A stretch of DNA of 64,000 nucleotides from Myxococcales bacterium (GTDB taxonomy: Bacteria > Myxococcota > Kuafuiibacteriia > Kuafuiibacteriales > Kuafuiibacteriaceae): assembly GCA_019634385.1 (NCBI GenBank), contig JAHQVK010000069.1, positions 22,182 through 86,181 on the forward strand, written 5' to 3'. The stretch's first letter is position 1, and every line of letters begins with the position of its first letter. The notes under the pieces were generated by a model. That model had not been told where the DNA came from, did not search any database, and worked only from the letters and a program-made list of their open reading frames with translations. Both the position numbers and the translations under genes were made by a program. This document shows positions 54,614 to 64,000 of the stretch, piece after piece.

Positions 54614-55741
54614 TTAATTCCTTCCGCGGCTGCTGGCTAACTTGCTGGCGAGAGTACGGACGCCAGCGGGAATGTTTCTCGACCGGGCAAGTAGTTTTAT
54701 ATCCTTGGTATTCAACAACGGGACTAACCGCATGGCCACAGGGAGCGGGGTTTTCGGGTTTTTAACGAGCCCAAGTTTTACTTGATAGATACGGATCCAA
54801 TTATTCTTCTTATCCTTAGCGATATGAGCAATGACGTCTTGATGAGTGACCTTGGACTGTGATGCTTCTATGACCTCTGGCTCCTGAATCATAGGAGACG
54901 TAACCGCGGCTAAAGCCACAATTCGGCTAGTATGCCTCATGAGGGTTTTTCTGATTTGCTTATTGCCTTTGGTCGCATAAGCGATAAGCGCTGGGAGCGA
55001 CAATCGGCGCAGTCTCTCGTCGATAGGTAGGTTATTAAGATCCTCATTCGGAGTTTGTTCATCAATGATGGCCCGAGTGGGGGGAGCTTCTGCGAGAAGC
55101 TTGTCGTCCAGCAGTTCCGGGGGGACTGCGATCTGACTCACCGCTTCGATGCGGTCCTTGGCGTCCAAACGTAAGAGCGCGTGCTCAAACTCCCGTAGTC
55201 CTTCAAGGATAATCCCGCTTCGGATCAAAAAGTCGATACACCGATCAATGGTGGACTTTAGAGCGTGGGGGTTTTTGAGCAGGCCACGAACAATATCTGG
55301 GTATTCGAGGAGGCGGGCTTGGTTCCGAGCGATCAGTTCAACTATCGACTCGGTACACACGGCGGCCACATCTTCAAATACGTGACCTGGTGTGCTCGGG
55401 TTGAGGAGTAGGGGTTCGATATATGCGTCGCGGGAGGCGGCAAACAGTAGGCTTAAGTGACCTAATATCGCCTCATCGACCTGAGAATCAGAGAGAACCG
55501 ACTTTGCTATACGGGGATCCAGTGCCGCTAAGGATGCGCTGGCCGCTTGGGCGATCTTCGGTTGTTCGTCAAAGCTTAGAATAAATTGTGCGGTCACCAG
55601 GTCTCGTGGAGGCAGCGGGGCGAGACCTTTGGCAGCCATCATGCGTAGGGGTGGAGGGGCGGAGATACCAGTGTGCCGCTGCACAGCCGCGCTGGTTTGC
55701 TCAAGAGGTATCGGGCACGGAGGCTGACTGGGGTTGTTCAT
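54614..55741 (-). CDS. Hypothetical alpha-helical repeat protein (LRV/HEAT-like)
   Basis: 375-aa ORF with a recurring L(L/V)xNPxxP helical-repeat signature (LLLNPSTP, LLKNPHAL, LVKNPKTP). No confident family. Confidence 0.45.
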   Translation of the reverse strand: MNNPSQPPCPIPLEQTSAAVQRHTGISAPPPLRMMAAKGLAPLPPRDLVTAQFILSFDEQPKIAQAASASLAALDPRIAKSVLSDSQVDEAILGHLSLLFAASRDAYIEPLLLNPSTPGHVFEDVAAVCTESIVELIARNQARLLEYPDIVRGLLKNPHALKSTIDRCIDFLIRSGIILEGLREFEHALLRLDAKDRIEAVSQIAVPPELLDDKLLAEAPPTRAIIDEQTPNEDLNNLPIDERLRRLSLPALIAYATKGNKQIRKTLMRHTSRIVALAAVTSPMIQEPEVIEASQSKVTHQDVIAHIAKDKKNNWIRIYQVKLGLVKNPKTPLPVAMRLVPLLNTKDIKLLARSRNIPAGVRTLASKLASSRGRN

Positions 55742-55757
55742 AGTGGTCAGGGTGTTT

Positions 55758-56528
55758 TCAGGGACAACTGCGCTGGTAGATGAGGCGTAGACCCTCCAAT
55801 GTCAGGTGCTCATCTACGACCTCAATGGTCGTAGCGTCACGAGCAATGGTTGTAGCCAGCCCACCGGTACCAATGACCCGGATGGTCGTGGCCTCGAGCT
55901 CCGACCGAATCCGGGTAACCAGTCCGTCGACCATCGCTACGTGCCCAAAGTACGTACCAGACTGGATAGATTCGATTGTGTTGCGACCGGTGGCCCGCTC
56001 AGGTCGTCCGAAATCCACTTTTGGCAACTTTGCAGCTCGCGACAATAGAGCACCCATCGACACATGGACGCCAGGGACAATAGCACCTCCAGCATAGGTA
56101 CCGTCTTCAAGAACTGTGTCGATGGTAGTGGCGGTTCCAAAATCAACAATGATGCAAGCGCACTTAAATCGAGTGTATGCGGCTATGGCGTTAACAATGC
56201 GGTCCGCCCCAACATCTTTGGGTGGATCGTACCTGATAGGCATCCCCGTTTTTGTGCCTGGACCAACAACTAGGGCCGGCTGGTCAAAGACCTGCTGACA
56301 TAGCCTGACGAAGGTGCGGGTGAGAATAGGCACTACAGATGCGAGGACGATAGCCCTCACCATGTCTGGCTGGAGCTTTGCGAATGCAAATAGTTGACGA
56401 ATCATCAGCCCGTACTCGTCTTCGGTACGGGTATGTACGGTCTCTAGTCGCCAGCTGTGGATCAGCTGCTCATCGTTGTAGACGCCGATAACGAGGTTGG
56501 AATTGCCCAGGTCGAGAGCCAAAAGCAT
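55758..56528 (-). CDS. coaX: Type III pantothenate kinase
   Basis: MLLALDLGNSNLVIGVY, DFGTATT and GTGGLA motifs of the CoaX/Bvg accessory factor family. Start at ATG 56528. Confidence 0.85.
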   Translation of the reverse strand: MLLALDLGNSNLVIGVYNDEQLIHSWRLETVHTRTEDEYGLMIRQLFAFAKLQPDMVRAIVLASVVPILTRTFVRLCQQVFDQPALVVGPGTKTGMPIRYDPPKDVGADRIVNAIAAYTRFKCACIIVDFGTATTIDTVLEDGTYAGGAIVPGVHVSMGALLSRAAKLPKVDFGRPERATGRNTIESIQSGTYFGHVAMVDGLVTRIRSELEATTIRVIGTGGLATTIARDATTIEVVDEHLTLEGLRLIYQRSCP

Positions 56529-56708
56529 CGTCGTATCACTACAGTCCGGGTGCTCATTTAACCAGATGGCACTTGCCGCTACGAACAAGCGCACGGAGCG
56601 TCCTCGGCAGTAGGTTTGCGGTATGCCGGTTGTAGATACCTTGATCCGGTATAAAAAGGTCGATACCACCCCCTGACGTACCCGGCGGCGGAGGCCTCTT
56701 GCGGGGGG

Positions 56709-57248
56709 GTGCTAGAACCTATGCTCGGTAAAGAGGTTATGACCACAACTACGCGGGCTGCGGAGCGTTACCTACGACAGTGGTTAGCCCGCAACCCCTC
56801 AGTGGAAAAAGCGGTTGGATGGGGCAGAAAATTGTCCCTACAGCCGTATGTGTTTGCCACCAGCTGCTGTGGGCTCGAAGTTCAATCGGCTCGAGTCCAG
56901 CCCTATGACGCCCGACTTGGGGTAGGGTTCCCGGTGGTGGCTCCTCAGCAAGCGGATCTGCTGGTCGTGGCGGGTTCGATCAGTTGGAAGCAGTTGCCGA
57001 TTCTTCAATCGGTGTACAGGCATATGCCGGACCCGAAACATGTTTTGGCTTTTGGTGTCTGTGCCTCATCGGGGGGACTCTATCAAAACTACGCGACGGC
57101 CAAGAGCATCGAGAAGTTTCTTCCAGTGGATATCCACGTTCCTGGGTGTCCTCCTCGACCGGAAGCCTTGCTTGACGCTCTGCGGATGCTCGGTCGCTCA
57201 GGAGGGCGCAAAGACGCCATCAAGTTGGAGGAACGGAATGAGTATTGA
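56709..57248 (+). CDS. nuoB: NADH-quinone oxidoreductase subunit B
   Basis: FATSCCGLE, GVCASSGG and VPGCPPRPEALL, the N2 cluster ligand motifs. ATG 56721 is an alternative start. Confidence 0.9.
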   Translation: MLEPMLGKEVMTTTTRAAERYLRQWLARNPSVEKAVGWGRKLSLQPYVFATSCCGLEVQSARVQPYDARLGVGFPVVAPQQADLLVVAGSISWKQLPILQSVYRHMPDPKHVLAFGVCASSGGLYQNYATAKSIEKFLPVDIHVPGCPPRPEALLDALRMLGRSGGRKDAIKLEERNEY

Positions 57249-57696
57249 AGTGGTCGAATACATCTGTGAGCAAAAGCCGGAGCTAGTTGTTCGCACGGAA
57301 AGTGCTCATCGGGATGAGACGGTGGTGATTAGGGCACCGGATGTTGATAATTTTATGACCTTTGTTCGACGGGACACATCCACATCTTTCGAGATGCTCA
57401 TGGACATAACCAGTGTGGATCACGGGGAGCAACGTTCACCTCGATTTGAGGTGGTGTATCATCTATATTCGCTCACGAAGAATCATCGACTTCGCGTGAA
57501 GGTTCCCCTTGAGGAGCAAGCTCTGAGACTTTCGACGGTAAGCCACATTTGGCATGCCGCGACGTGGATGGAGCGGGAAGTTTTTGATCTCTATGGTGTT
57601 GTCTTCCAAGGAAACCCAGATCTACGGCGATTGTTGATGTTCTCAGATTTTGAAGGACATCCACTGCGTAAGGACTACCCTTTAGAGGGACGCTGA
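57238..57696 (+). CDS. nuoC: NADH-quinone oxidoreductase subunit C
   Basis: MSIEVV...FEVVYHLYS...HIWHAATWMEREVFDLYGVVFQGNPDLRRLLM...HPLRKDYP is the NuoC (30 kDa) signature. Start at ATG 57238, overlapping nuoB by 11 nt; the track ORF start at 57040 is an out-of-gene extension. Confidence 0.85.
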   Translation: MSIEVVEYICEQKPELVVRTESAHRDETVVIRAPDVDNFMTFVRRDTSTSFEMLMDITSVDHGEQRSPRFEVVYHLYSLTKNHRLRVKVPLEEQALRLSTVSHIWHAATWMEREVFDLYGVVFQGNPDLRRLLMFSDFEGHPLRKDYPLEGR

Positions 57697-57853
57697 GCAT
57701 TACTGCTCGTAGGTGAGGTTTTGTCTTAAATCCAACGTGGTGAACGGCTGACAACCGTTTCCGGAGCGGGTAGTGACTCCCCCGAAGGCTGACCGCCACC
57801 AACGCCAGCTTGTAGAAGGCAATGGCCCATGAGCCTGCCGCATAGAGTTCAAT

Positions 57854-59668
57854 ATGGCCGCTGATTTCCCTATCGAAAGAATTCGAAATTTCTCCATCAT
57901 CGCCCACATCGACCATGGAAAATCGACACTTGCGGACCGTATTTTAGAGTTTACGGGAGCGCTATCCGAACGAGAGAGTGAAGCTCAGTTTCTCGATAAA
58001 ATGGATCTTGAGAGGGAGCGAGGCATCACGATCAAAGCCCAGGCGGTTCGTCTAGCCTATACCTCGAAGGCGGGAGATGTGTATCAACTCAATCTGATTG
58101 ATACCCCCGGGCACGTGGATTTTGCCTACGAGGTCTCCCGGTCCTTGGCGGCCTGTGAAGGCGCTCTGCTTGTGGTTGATGCTGCGCAAGGGGTGGAAGC
58201 GCAAACCCTAGCTAATGTGTACCTTGCGCTTGAGCAGGATCTTGAAATTGTTCCGGTTATCAACAAGATAGACTTGCCATCAGCAAGACCAGACGAAATT
58301 CGTGAAGAAATTGAAGAGGTTGTGGGCCTACCGGCCGATGAAGCGGTACTGACTTCAGCCAAAACGGGCATTGGCATTGAGGATGTCCTCGAAGCGGTTG
58401 TACATCAGATGTTGCCACCGGAAGGTGACCGTGAGGCTTCTATGAAAGCACTCGTGATGGATTCTTGGTATGATCCATATCGAGGAGTGATCTGCCTGAT
58501 TCGGGTTGTCTCCGGACGTCTACGAGTACGCGAGGCGATCCAGTTTGGTACCAATTGGCAAAAATCTTTTGAAGTGCTGGAGATCGGCTGTTTTACACCT
58601 CACTCCAAAGGGTTAGATGTTCTTAGGGCGGGGGAGGTCGGGTTTTTTGCGGCCTCTATTAAAGATGTTCGAGATGCGAGGGTGGGAGATACGGTATTTG
58701 CCGCCGAAGCGGAGGACAAAGAGCCACTCCCGGGATTTCGTGATGTAAAGCCGATGGTGTACGCGGGGTTCTTTCCTATCCATAACTCCGGTTACGAAGC
58801 ACTTCGTGATGCGCTCGAAAAGCTCCGCCTCAACGACGCTGCATTTTCGTTTGAGCTGGAGAGTTCGCAGGCTCTCGGATTTGGTTTTCGGTGTGGGTTC
58901 TTGGGCCTGCTGCATATGAACATCGTGCAGGAACGACTGGAGCGAGAGTTTGGGGCTGAGCTGATCACAACCTCGCCCACGACGGTGTACCGAGCCACGC
59001 TGGCGGATGGTGCGGTGATTATGATCCACAATCCGGCGGAGCTACCAGCCAGTGATGTCCTCGAAACCCTTGAGGAGCCGGTGGTGATGTCTCGAGTTCA
59101 CACTCCTGCGGAATATGTAGGCGCGATCATGAAGTTGTGTGAGGATAGACGAGGCATCCAGAAGGGACTGGAATACATCGGTGAGAAGCGGGTCTTGTTG
59201 AGCTACGAATTGCCATTTGCAGAAGTGGTTTACGATTTCTTTGATAAAATGAAGACGGTGAGTAGGGGATATGCCTCGCTCGACTACGAGCCTACGGGGT
59301 ATAACCACGCACCGTTGGTTCGGCTAGATGTGCTGCTAAATGGTGACCGCGTGGATGCACTCAGTATCATAGTGCACCGGGACCGCGCTTACGAACGGGG
59401 GAAGATTCTCACGCAAAAATTGCGGCAAATTATCCCTCGTCAGCAGTTCGATGTCGCGATTCAGGCGGCGATCGGCGCTAAGATTATTGCCCGGGAAACC
59501 GTGAAAGCGTACCGCAAAGATGTGACCGCAAAGTGCTACGGTGGGGACATTTCACGTAAGCGAAAGCTTTTGGAGCGGCAGAAGGAAGGCAAGAAGCGGA
59601 TGAAGCAGGTGGGAGCGATTGAGGTACCGCAGGAGGCGTTCCTGTCCGTCTTGAAGGTAGACGAATGA
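57854..59668 (+). CDS. lepA: Translation elongation factor 4
   Basis: [32 protein letters not shown] and the conserved LepA C-terminal domain. Confidence 0.95.
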   Translation: MAADFPIERIRNFSIIAHIDHGKSTLADRILEFTGALSERESEAQFLDKMDLERERGITIKAQAVRLAYTSKAGDVYQLNLIDTPGHVDFAYEVSRSLAACEGALLVVDAAQGVEAQTLANVYLALEQDLEIVPVINKIDLPSARPDEIREEIEEVVGLPADEAVLTSAKTGIGIEDVLEAVVHQMLPPEGDREASMKALVMDSWYDPYRGVICLIRVVSGRLRVREAIQFGTNWQKSFEVLEIGCFTPHSKGLDVLRAGEVGFFAASIKDVRDARVGDTVFAAEAEDKEPLPGFRDVKPMVYAGFFPIHNSGYEALRDALEKLRLNDAAFSFELESSQALGFGFRCGFLGLLHMNIVQERLEREFGAELITTSPTTVYRATLADGAVIMIHNPAELPASDVLETLEEPVVMSRVHTPAEYVGAIMKLCEDRRGIQKGLEYIGEKRVLLSYELPFAEVVYDFFDKMKTVSRGYASLDYEPTGYNHAPLVRLDVLLNGDRVDALSIIVHRDRAYERGKILTQKLRQIIPRQQFDVAIQAAIGAKIIARETVKAYRKDVTAKCYGGDISRKRKLLERQKEGKKRMKQVGAIEVPQEAFLSVLKVDE

Positions 59669-60744
59669 AACGAGCACGGGCAGTAAAGGTTGGGGCTGGC
59701 GGTAAACAGACGGTGGCTTTGGACAAAACGACGGCTAGAACCGCTGATCGCGGCATTCGCGAGGTAGAGCGCTTGATGAAGCGTTACCGGCGGCGCATTT
59801 CTGAGGATGATCAGCGACGTTGTCGAGAGCGAATCCAGGCTGTTCAAGAAGGCATGGTTGCCAACAGCCAAAAGCAGACGGTACGTGCCTTAGAAACCTT
59901 AGAATCGTGCCGGGATGGAGTCTTTGGGTTCGCCCAAAAGAGTACGTCCAGGGAGTACGTTGAATCTATTGTTTTTGCGGTAGCTATCGCACTCATTCTC
60001 CGAGCCTTTGTTATTGAGGCGTTCAAGATTCCCACTGGGTCAATGGTTCCTACGCTGGCGGTGGGTGACCATATCTTTGTCAATAAGTTTATCTATGGTC
60101 TTCGAGTACCATTCACTAGTTCGTGGTTTGTGCAATGGGGTGAGCCCGAACGGGGAGATGTTATCGTTTTTCGATACCCTCCAGATCCTTCTAAGGATTA
60201 CATCAAACGGGTGGTGGCTACCGCTGGCGATCGTATATCTGTTCGAGAAGGGGTGGTGTACCTTAATGATGAGGCACTTACCCGTCAAAACTTGGGAGAC
60301 CAAGCATATGTTGACGAGAGTGAGGATGAAGCAGGACGCTGGCATTCAGGGCGCGTAGCGCTTCCTATGCGAGCGTTTAAGGAGACGAGTTCACAGCAAG
60401 AAGCGACGTACACGATTCTTGAGGACCCGAATGCCCACGCTTATTTTCCGGGTCGAAGTCCGGTCCGATTTCAGTGGGATGGTCCCGAACGAGGTCTTCG
60501 ATTGCCGGAGCAAGTTGGGTTGCATTGTGAACAGCGGGAGCAGAATAGTCTTTCTGGGTATTGCGACGTACTCCCAGGATACGTATTCGTAATGGGAGAT
60601 AACCGAGATAACTCTGCGGACAGTCGTCGGTGGGGTGCTGCCCCGATAAACCACGTCAAAGGTAAGGCTATGTTTGTCTGGGGTTCATGGGGCGCATCTT
60701 GGTTAGACTTTAGATTTGAGCGGTTGGGGCACGTCATCGAATAG
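59665..60744 (+). CDS. lepB: Signal peptidase I with a long basic N-terminal extension
   Basis: [18 protein letters not shown] (catalytic Ser box), KRVVATAGD (Lys box) and [14 protein letters not shown]. 4-nt overlap with lepA. Confidence 0.85.
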   Translation: MKRARAVKVGAGGKQTVALDKTTARTADRGIREVERLMKRYRRRISEDDQRRCRERIQAVQEGMVANSQKQTVRALETLESCRDGVFGFAQKSTSREYVESIVFAVAIALILRAFVIEAFKIPTGSMVPTLAVGDHIFVNKFIYGLRVPFTSSWFVQWGEPERGDVIVFRYPPDPSKDYIKRVVATAGDRISVREGVVYLNDEALTRQNLGDQAYVDESEDEAGRWHSGRVALPMRAFKETSSQQEATYTILEDPNAHAYFPGRSPVRFQWDGPERGLRLPEQVGLHCEQREQNSLSGYCDVLPGYVFVMGDNRDNSADSRRWGAAPINHVKGKAMFVWGSWGASWLDFRFERLGHVIE

Positions 60745-60835
60745 GCGGAAGTCATAAGCTTCCGGATTCTCTTTGACACCTGAGACAGGGTGGCCCAATA
60801 GGTCGTCACGCGAAGCCGCGTGACGGAGGAGCAAA

Positions 60836-61372
60836 GTGGTGGACAGAAAAGAGGTTCGTCTGGCGGGAGCAGGTACCCATGGTATGATCGAGGCTGGCCT
60901 CATCTTGCAGGTAGCTGCGGCAATTTACGACGACAAGAATGCGCACCACGTTCAAAGTTACGGACCAGAGGCCCGCAGCGAGGCTGCACGATCGGAAGTC
61001 CTTATCTCCGACGGAGATATTGATTACCCGAAAGCCACTCAGGTTGATGCCTTGGTAGCGACTACGCAAGCAGCGCTGGAGCGATACTCCAATGATCTAA
61101 AGCCCGGAGCTTTGGTTATTTTGGACAAAGAGGTGGACTCCGCGAGTCTAGTGAATGCGACGGTACACCACCTTCCGCTGCTAGAAACTGCGGAACGCTC
61201 CCTTGGGAAGCCTTCATTGTTGCCAATAGTGGCGCTTGGGGTCTTGGTAGAGTTGACGGGTGTCGTGACCAAACCAGCGTTGGAGTCGGCGGTTCGTGAT
61301 CATGTTCCGCGCGGTGGAGAAGAGCTACATATCCAGGCCTTAGAGGCTGGGTACAAGCTCGCAAGAGTTTGA
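60836..61372 (+). CDS. 2-oxoacid:ferredoxin oxidoreductase gamma-subunit-like protein (orphan, divergent)
   Basis: 178-aa ORF whose layout resembles the POR-gamma domain ([18 protein letters not shown]...[11 protein letters not shown]...DALVA...GALVILD). The usual GGQG and RGG motifs read GTHG and RSE, and no alpha/beta subunit genes are adjacent. Confidence 0.5.
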   Translation: MVDRKEVRLAGAGTHGMIEAGLILQVAAAIYDDKNAHHVQSYGPEARSEAARSEVLISDGDIDYPKATQVDALVATTQAALERYSNDLKPGALVILDKEVDSASLVNATVHHLPLLETAERSLGKPSLLPIVALGVLVELTGVVTKPALESAVRDHVPRGGEELHIQALEAGYKLARV

Positions 61373-61415
61373 GGCTTCGCAAGAGTCGGGCCACAAAGCT
61401 CCCAGGAGATTAAGC

Positions 61416-61841
61416 ATGGCGAACGAGCGCACTCTCAGCATTATCAAACCCGATGCAGTAGCAAAGAATGTCATTGGCGGTATTTTTTCGATGATCGAAG
61501 CTGCCGATCTCAAGGTTGTTGCTACTCGAATGATTCACCTTACTGAGGATCAAGCAAAGGCCTTCTATGCGGTGCACCGCGAACGGCCTTTTTATAACGA
61601 TTTGGTGTCTTTTATGACCGCGGGGCCAGTGGTTGTTTCGGTTCTGGAAGGCCAAGATGCCATCGCGAAATACCGGAAAGTCATGGGTGCGACCAACCCG
61701 GCACAAGCGGACAACGGTACGATCCGCAAGGCGTTTGCGGAGAATATTGAGCGGAACGCAGTTCATGGGTCGGATGCTCCGGAAACAGCGGCGATGGAGG
61801 TGGCTTTTTTCTTCCCCGAAAGCGAGATACGTTCTCGATAA
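61416..61841 (+). CDS. ndk: Nucleoside diphosphate kinase
   Basis: [15 protein letters not shown]...NAVHGSD, with the active-site His. Confidence 0.95.
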   Translation: MANERTLSIIKPDAVAKNVIGGIFSMIEAADLKVVATRMIHLTEDQAKAFYAVHRERPFYNDLVSFMTAGPVVVSVLEGQDAIAKYRKVMGATNPAQADNGTIRKAFAENIERNAVHGSDAPETAAMEVAFFFPESEIRSR

Positions 61842-61915
61842 GCGTTTTCTGGGAAGACCAATCCCATTGGGTCGTCAGCCCATTGTTGAGGTGACGACCA
61901 CGAGGCTGTTGAGCT

Positions 61916-63067
61916 ATGTTCGATATCCGTAACGCTTCTTTAGTCTCGCTTGAGGCTTGGCTAAGTTCCTTGGGAGAGTCTCCGTATAGGGCTAAGCAAA
62001 TCTTTCGGTGGCTTCATCAACGAGGCGCTCGGTCTTTCAACGAGATGACGGATCTTTCAAAGGAGCTACGACAGCGCCTTGGTCAGCAAGCTGTTATCAA
62101 CTGCCTTGAAATTTCCTCAAGGGAGATCGCAAGGGACGGTACTCGCAAGTATGCTCTTCGTGGTCATCGAAGTGATACCATCGAAGCGGTTTTTATCCCC
62201 GATGCCTCATCTTCGGGGCGAAACACCCTTTGTATTTCCTCCCAGGTAGGGTGTGCGATCGATTGCCAGTTTTGTTTGACCGCTTCCTTGGGGTTGATTC
62301 GCAATCTTGAGTCAGGGGAAATGGTTGAACAAATCACACGAGTTAAAGAAGACCTCGAGCACTCAGCTTCATTGGAGGGCAAAGAGCAACACGGTGACTA
62401 TCTCCCTGCTAGCCTCTCCCGGTCCGGTCGGGTCCCTAGCATTGGTAATATAGTCTTTATGGGGATGGGTGAGCCGCTACAGAACTACTCCCGCCTTGTT
62501 GAGGCGGTGGGTATAATTACCCATAGCTTGGGACATCACATTTCCCCCCGACGAATCACTGTTAGTACCTCCGGTATAGTTCCTAAAATAGAACAACTGG
62601 GCCGTGATACGTCTGTACAGCTTGCGATCAGTTTGAATGCAACAACCGATGATATTCGTGATCAGATCATGCCCATTAACCGTCGATGGAATATTCAGGC
62701 TCTATTGAGAGCTTGTCGACAGTATCCTCTGAAAGAACGGCGCCGTATTACTTTTGAGTACGTGATGCTTGCTGGTTTGAACGATACGGACGAAGACGCT
62801 TACCGGTTAGTGAAGTTGCTCCGAGGACTCCGGGCAAAGGTCAACCTCATTCCTTTCAACGAACATCCTTACAGCCCTTACCAGCGACCATCAGCTTCGC
62901 GTACAGCCAAGTTCCAAGCAATCTTACGAAGTCGGGGCTATACTGTGCTCATTCGCACCCCTCGGGGCGACGATATTTCTGCGGCGTGTGGTCAATTGGG
63001 CGTAGAAGTACAGGCACCTAGAACATCGGCAACGGAACGGGGCCAACGACTGCGGGTCGTAAGTTAG
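61916..63067 (+). CDS. rlmN: 23S rRNA/tRNA (adenine-C2)-methyltransferase RlmN (canonical copy)
   Basis: N-terminal YRAKQIFRWLHQRG, LCISSQVGCAIDCQFCLTASLG, FMGMGEPLQN and C-terminal AACGQL. Confidence 0.9.
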   Translation: MFDIRNASLVSLEAWLSSLGESPYRAKQIFRWLHQRGARSFNEMTDLSKELRQRLGQQAVINCLEISSREIARDGTRKYALRGHRSDTIEAVFIPDASSSGRNTLCISSQVGCAIDCQFCLTASLGLIRNLESGEMVEQITRVKEDLEHSASLEGKEQHGDYLPASLSRSGRVPSIGNIVFMGMGEPLQNYSRLVEAVGIITHSLGHHISPRRITVSTSGIVPKIEQLGRDTSVQLAISLNATTDDIRDQIMPINRRWNIQALLRACRQYPLKERRRITFEYVMLAGLNDTDEDAYRLVKLLRGLRAKVNLIPFNEHPYSPYQRPSASRTAKFQAILRSRGYTVLIRTPRGDDISAACGQLGVEVQAPRTSATERGQRLRVVS

Positions 63068-63168
63068 GGCGGGACTTTAACGGCTGGGCGCGGTCAATGC
63101 CACCGCTGATGAGATCAACTGCGGTCACGGCGATTAGCGGGGATCTATCAGTCAACCAGAGCCCTGGC

Positions 63169-63305
63169 TGGGGCGTGTCTTCAACTCCTGACCGTGTCCT
63201 GACTCGTGCCTCACATATCCGGTGCCCTCCCCCACCGGGGCCGACTGTTCACACTCGCGGGCTACGGCGTCATCTCCGCAGCCGGAGTGTGAAGACACGC
63301 CTTAG
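63169..63305 (+). repeat. Family B repeat, copy B5 (shorter, internal deletion)
   Basis: tggggcgtgtcttcaactcctgaccgtgtcctgactcgtgcc...gctacggcgtcatctccgcagccggagtgtgaagacacgccttag. Sits at the boundary between rlmN and the GC-rich dehydrogenase gene. Confidence 0.8.
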
Positions 63306-63369
63306 TCTCCCGCCGAGTCTGAAGATTCAGGCAGCCAGATGCTAGGTAAGAGTTTCACGTCCATGTTAG

Positions 63370-64000
63370 ATGAAGGCAGAGATGGATCGGGAGACGTCGA
63401 GCTGCTCAGCGAAGTGGAGGTGCCGGCAAAAAGGGCCGCGCTTCGGCGCGCGTTGGGCCGCGTTTGTGGCGGCGTGTTGGTTGGGTGTGAGCTCAGTGGA
63501 AACCGCTCGAGCGCACGGTCCACGGCGGGAGACTTCCGAGCAGCCGGCGAGCAGCGAGTTCCAAAAAGTCACTCTGAATGGCGCCCCGGGAGAGCCCATG
63601 GGCCTGGCGGTGCTGCCTGATGGTCGGGTACTCCACACCACCCGAGCGGGGCGGGTGTGGTTGCATTCTCCGGTGACGGGCTTCAACACCGTGGCGGCCG
63701 ATATCCCCGTCTACTCTCACGACGAGGAAGGCCTCCAGGGCATAGCGGTGGACCCCGATTTCGAAAAAAACGGATGGGTGTACCTGTACTACTCTCCGCA
63801 GCTTGGCACCCCGCGTGACGACGCGGAGACGCCCTCATTCAATGAGGGCGACTCCCCCGCATTCGGCAGCGTGGCTGAGTTTGCGCTGTTTCGCGGGCAC
63901 ATGCAGCTTTCTCGCTTCCAGTTACGCGGCGACCGTCTCGATCTGGGCAGTGAGCAGCGGATCTTGCAGGTGGAGTCAGACCGAGGCATTTGTTGCCACG
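63370..64000 (+). CDS. PQQ-dependent sugar dehydrogenase (soluble glucose/sorbosone dehydrogenase family), 5' part; runs off the window end
   Basis: Not in the track because the ORF is open-ended. Manual translation from ATG 63370 gives a signal-like RWAAFVAACWLGVSS, then FQKVTLNGAPGEPMGLAVLPDGRVLHTTRAGRVW...EEGLQGIAVDPDFEKNGWVYLYYSP...DRGICCH, the characteristic beta-propeller N-terminal motifs of this family. Much higher G+C than neighbouring genes. Confidence 0.7.
   Translation, partial: MKAEMDRETSSCSAKWRCRQKGPRFGARWAAFVAACWLGVSSVETARAHGPRRETSEQPASSEFQKVTLNGAPGEPMGLAVLPDGRVLHTTRAGRVWLHSPVTGFNTVAADIPVYSHDEEGLQGIAVDPDFEKNGWVYLYYSPQLGTPRDDAETPSFNEGDSPAFGSVAEFALFRGHMQLSRFQLRGDRLDLGSEQRILQVESDRGICCH

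Noticed and set aside
1-64000. Search for an autonomous mobile element (transposase, integrase, RAYT), prophage genes, toxin-antitoxin or known defence-system genes to explain the repeats
   Set aside because: No ORF in any frame shows DDE, HUH, tyrosine or serine recombinase hallmarks, or phage or defence signatures that I could recognise. The repeats must be mobilised in trans from elsewhere, or be relics.

Overview
A 64-kb chromosomal window of mostly housekeeping and envelope genes, roughly 50% G+C by eye. The gene content suggests a deltaproteobacterium or Myxococcota-like organism, but that is a low-confidence inference. Recognisable genes are: a type IIA topoisomerase pair, threonine aldolase, suhB-like IMPase, an exbB-exbD-exbD module, rpsA, topB, purS-purQ-purL, skp/ompH, two RlmN/Cfr-family radical-SAM genes, a CDP-hexose glycan cluster (rfbF, rfbG, GT2, epimerase, cupin), an ECF sigma/anti-sigma pair, a FrzS-like receiver/coiled-coil protein, coaX, nuoB-nuoC, lepA-lepB and ndk. 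There are also two very large secreted pectin enzymes: a PL1-CBM-CBM-PL3 pectate lyase and a 910-aa pectin methylesterase. A complete PQQ operon is present, including a 23-codon pqqA that is absent from the ORF track, in the unusual order pqqA-B-D-E-C. No rRNA, tRNA, CRISPR array, transposase or integrase was found. The most striking unexplained signal is non-coding. At least four families of highly structured repeats of about 110-200 bp with terminal inverted repeats (called A-D here) fill nearly every longer intergenic gap, with about 25 copies or fragments in total. They cluster in hot spots. Two copies have clean 4-bp target-site duplications, and one of these is nested inside another element. 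Families C and D appear to share a core with different termini. Several copies supply the stop codon or last codons of adjacent genes (pqqE, a GNAT gene, a DUF1501-like gene). All coordinates of repeat ends and all alternative start codons come from reading by eye and should be treated as approximate.
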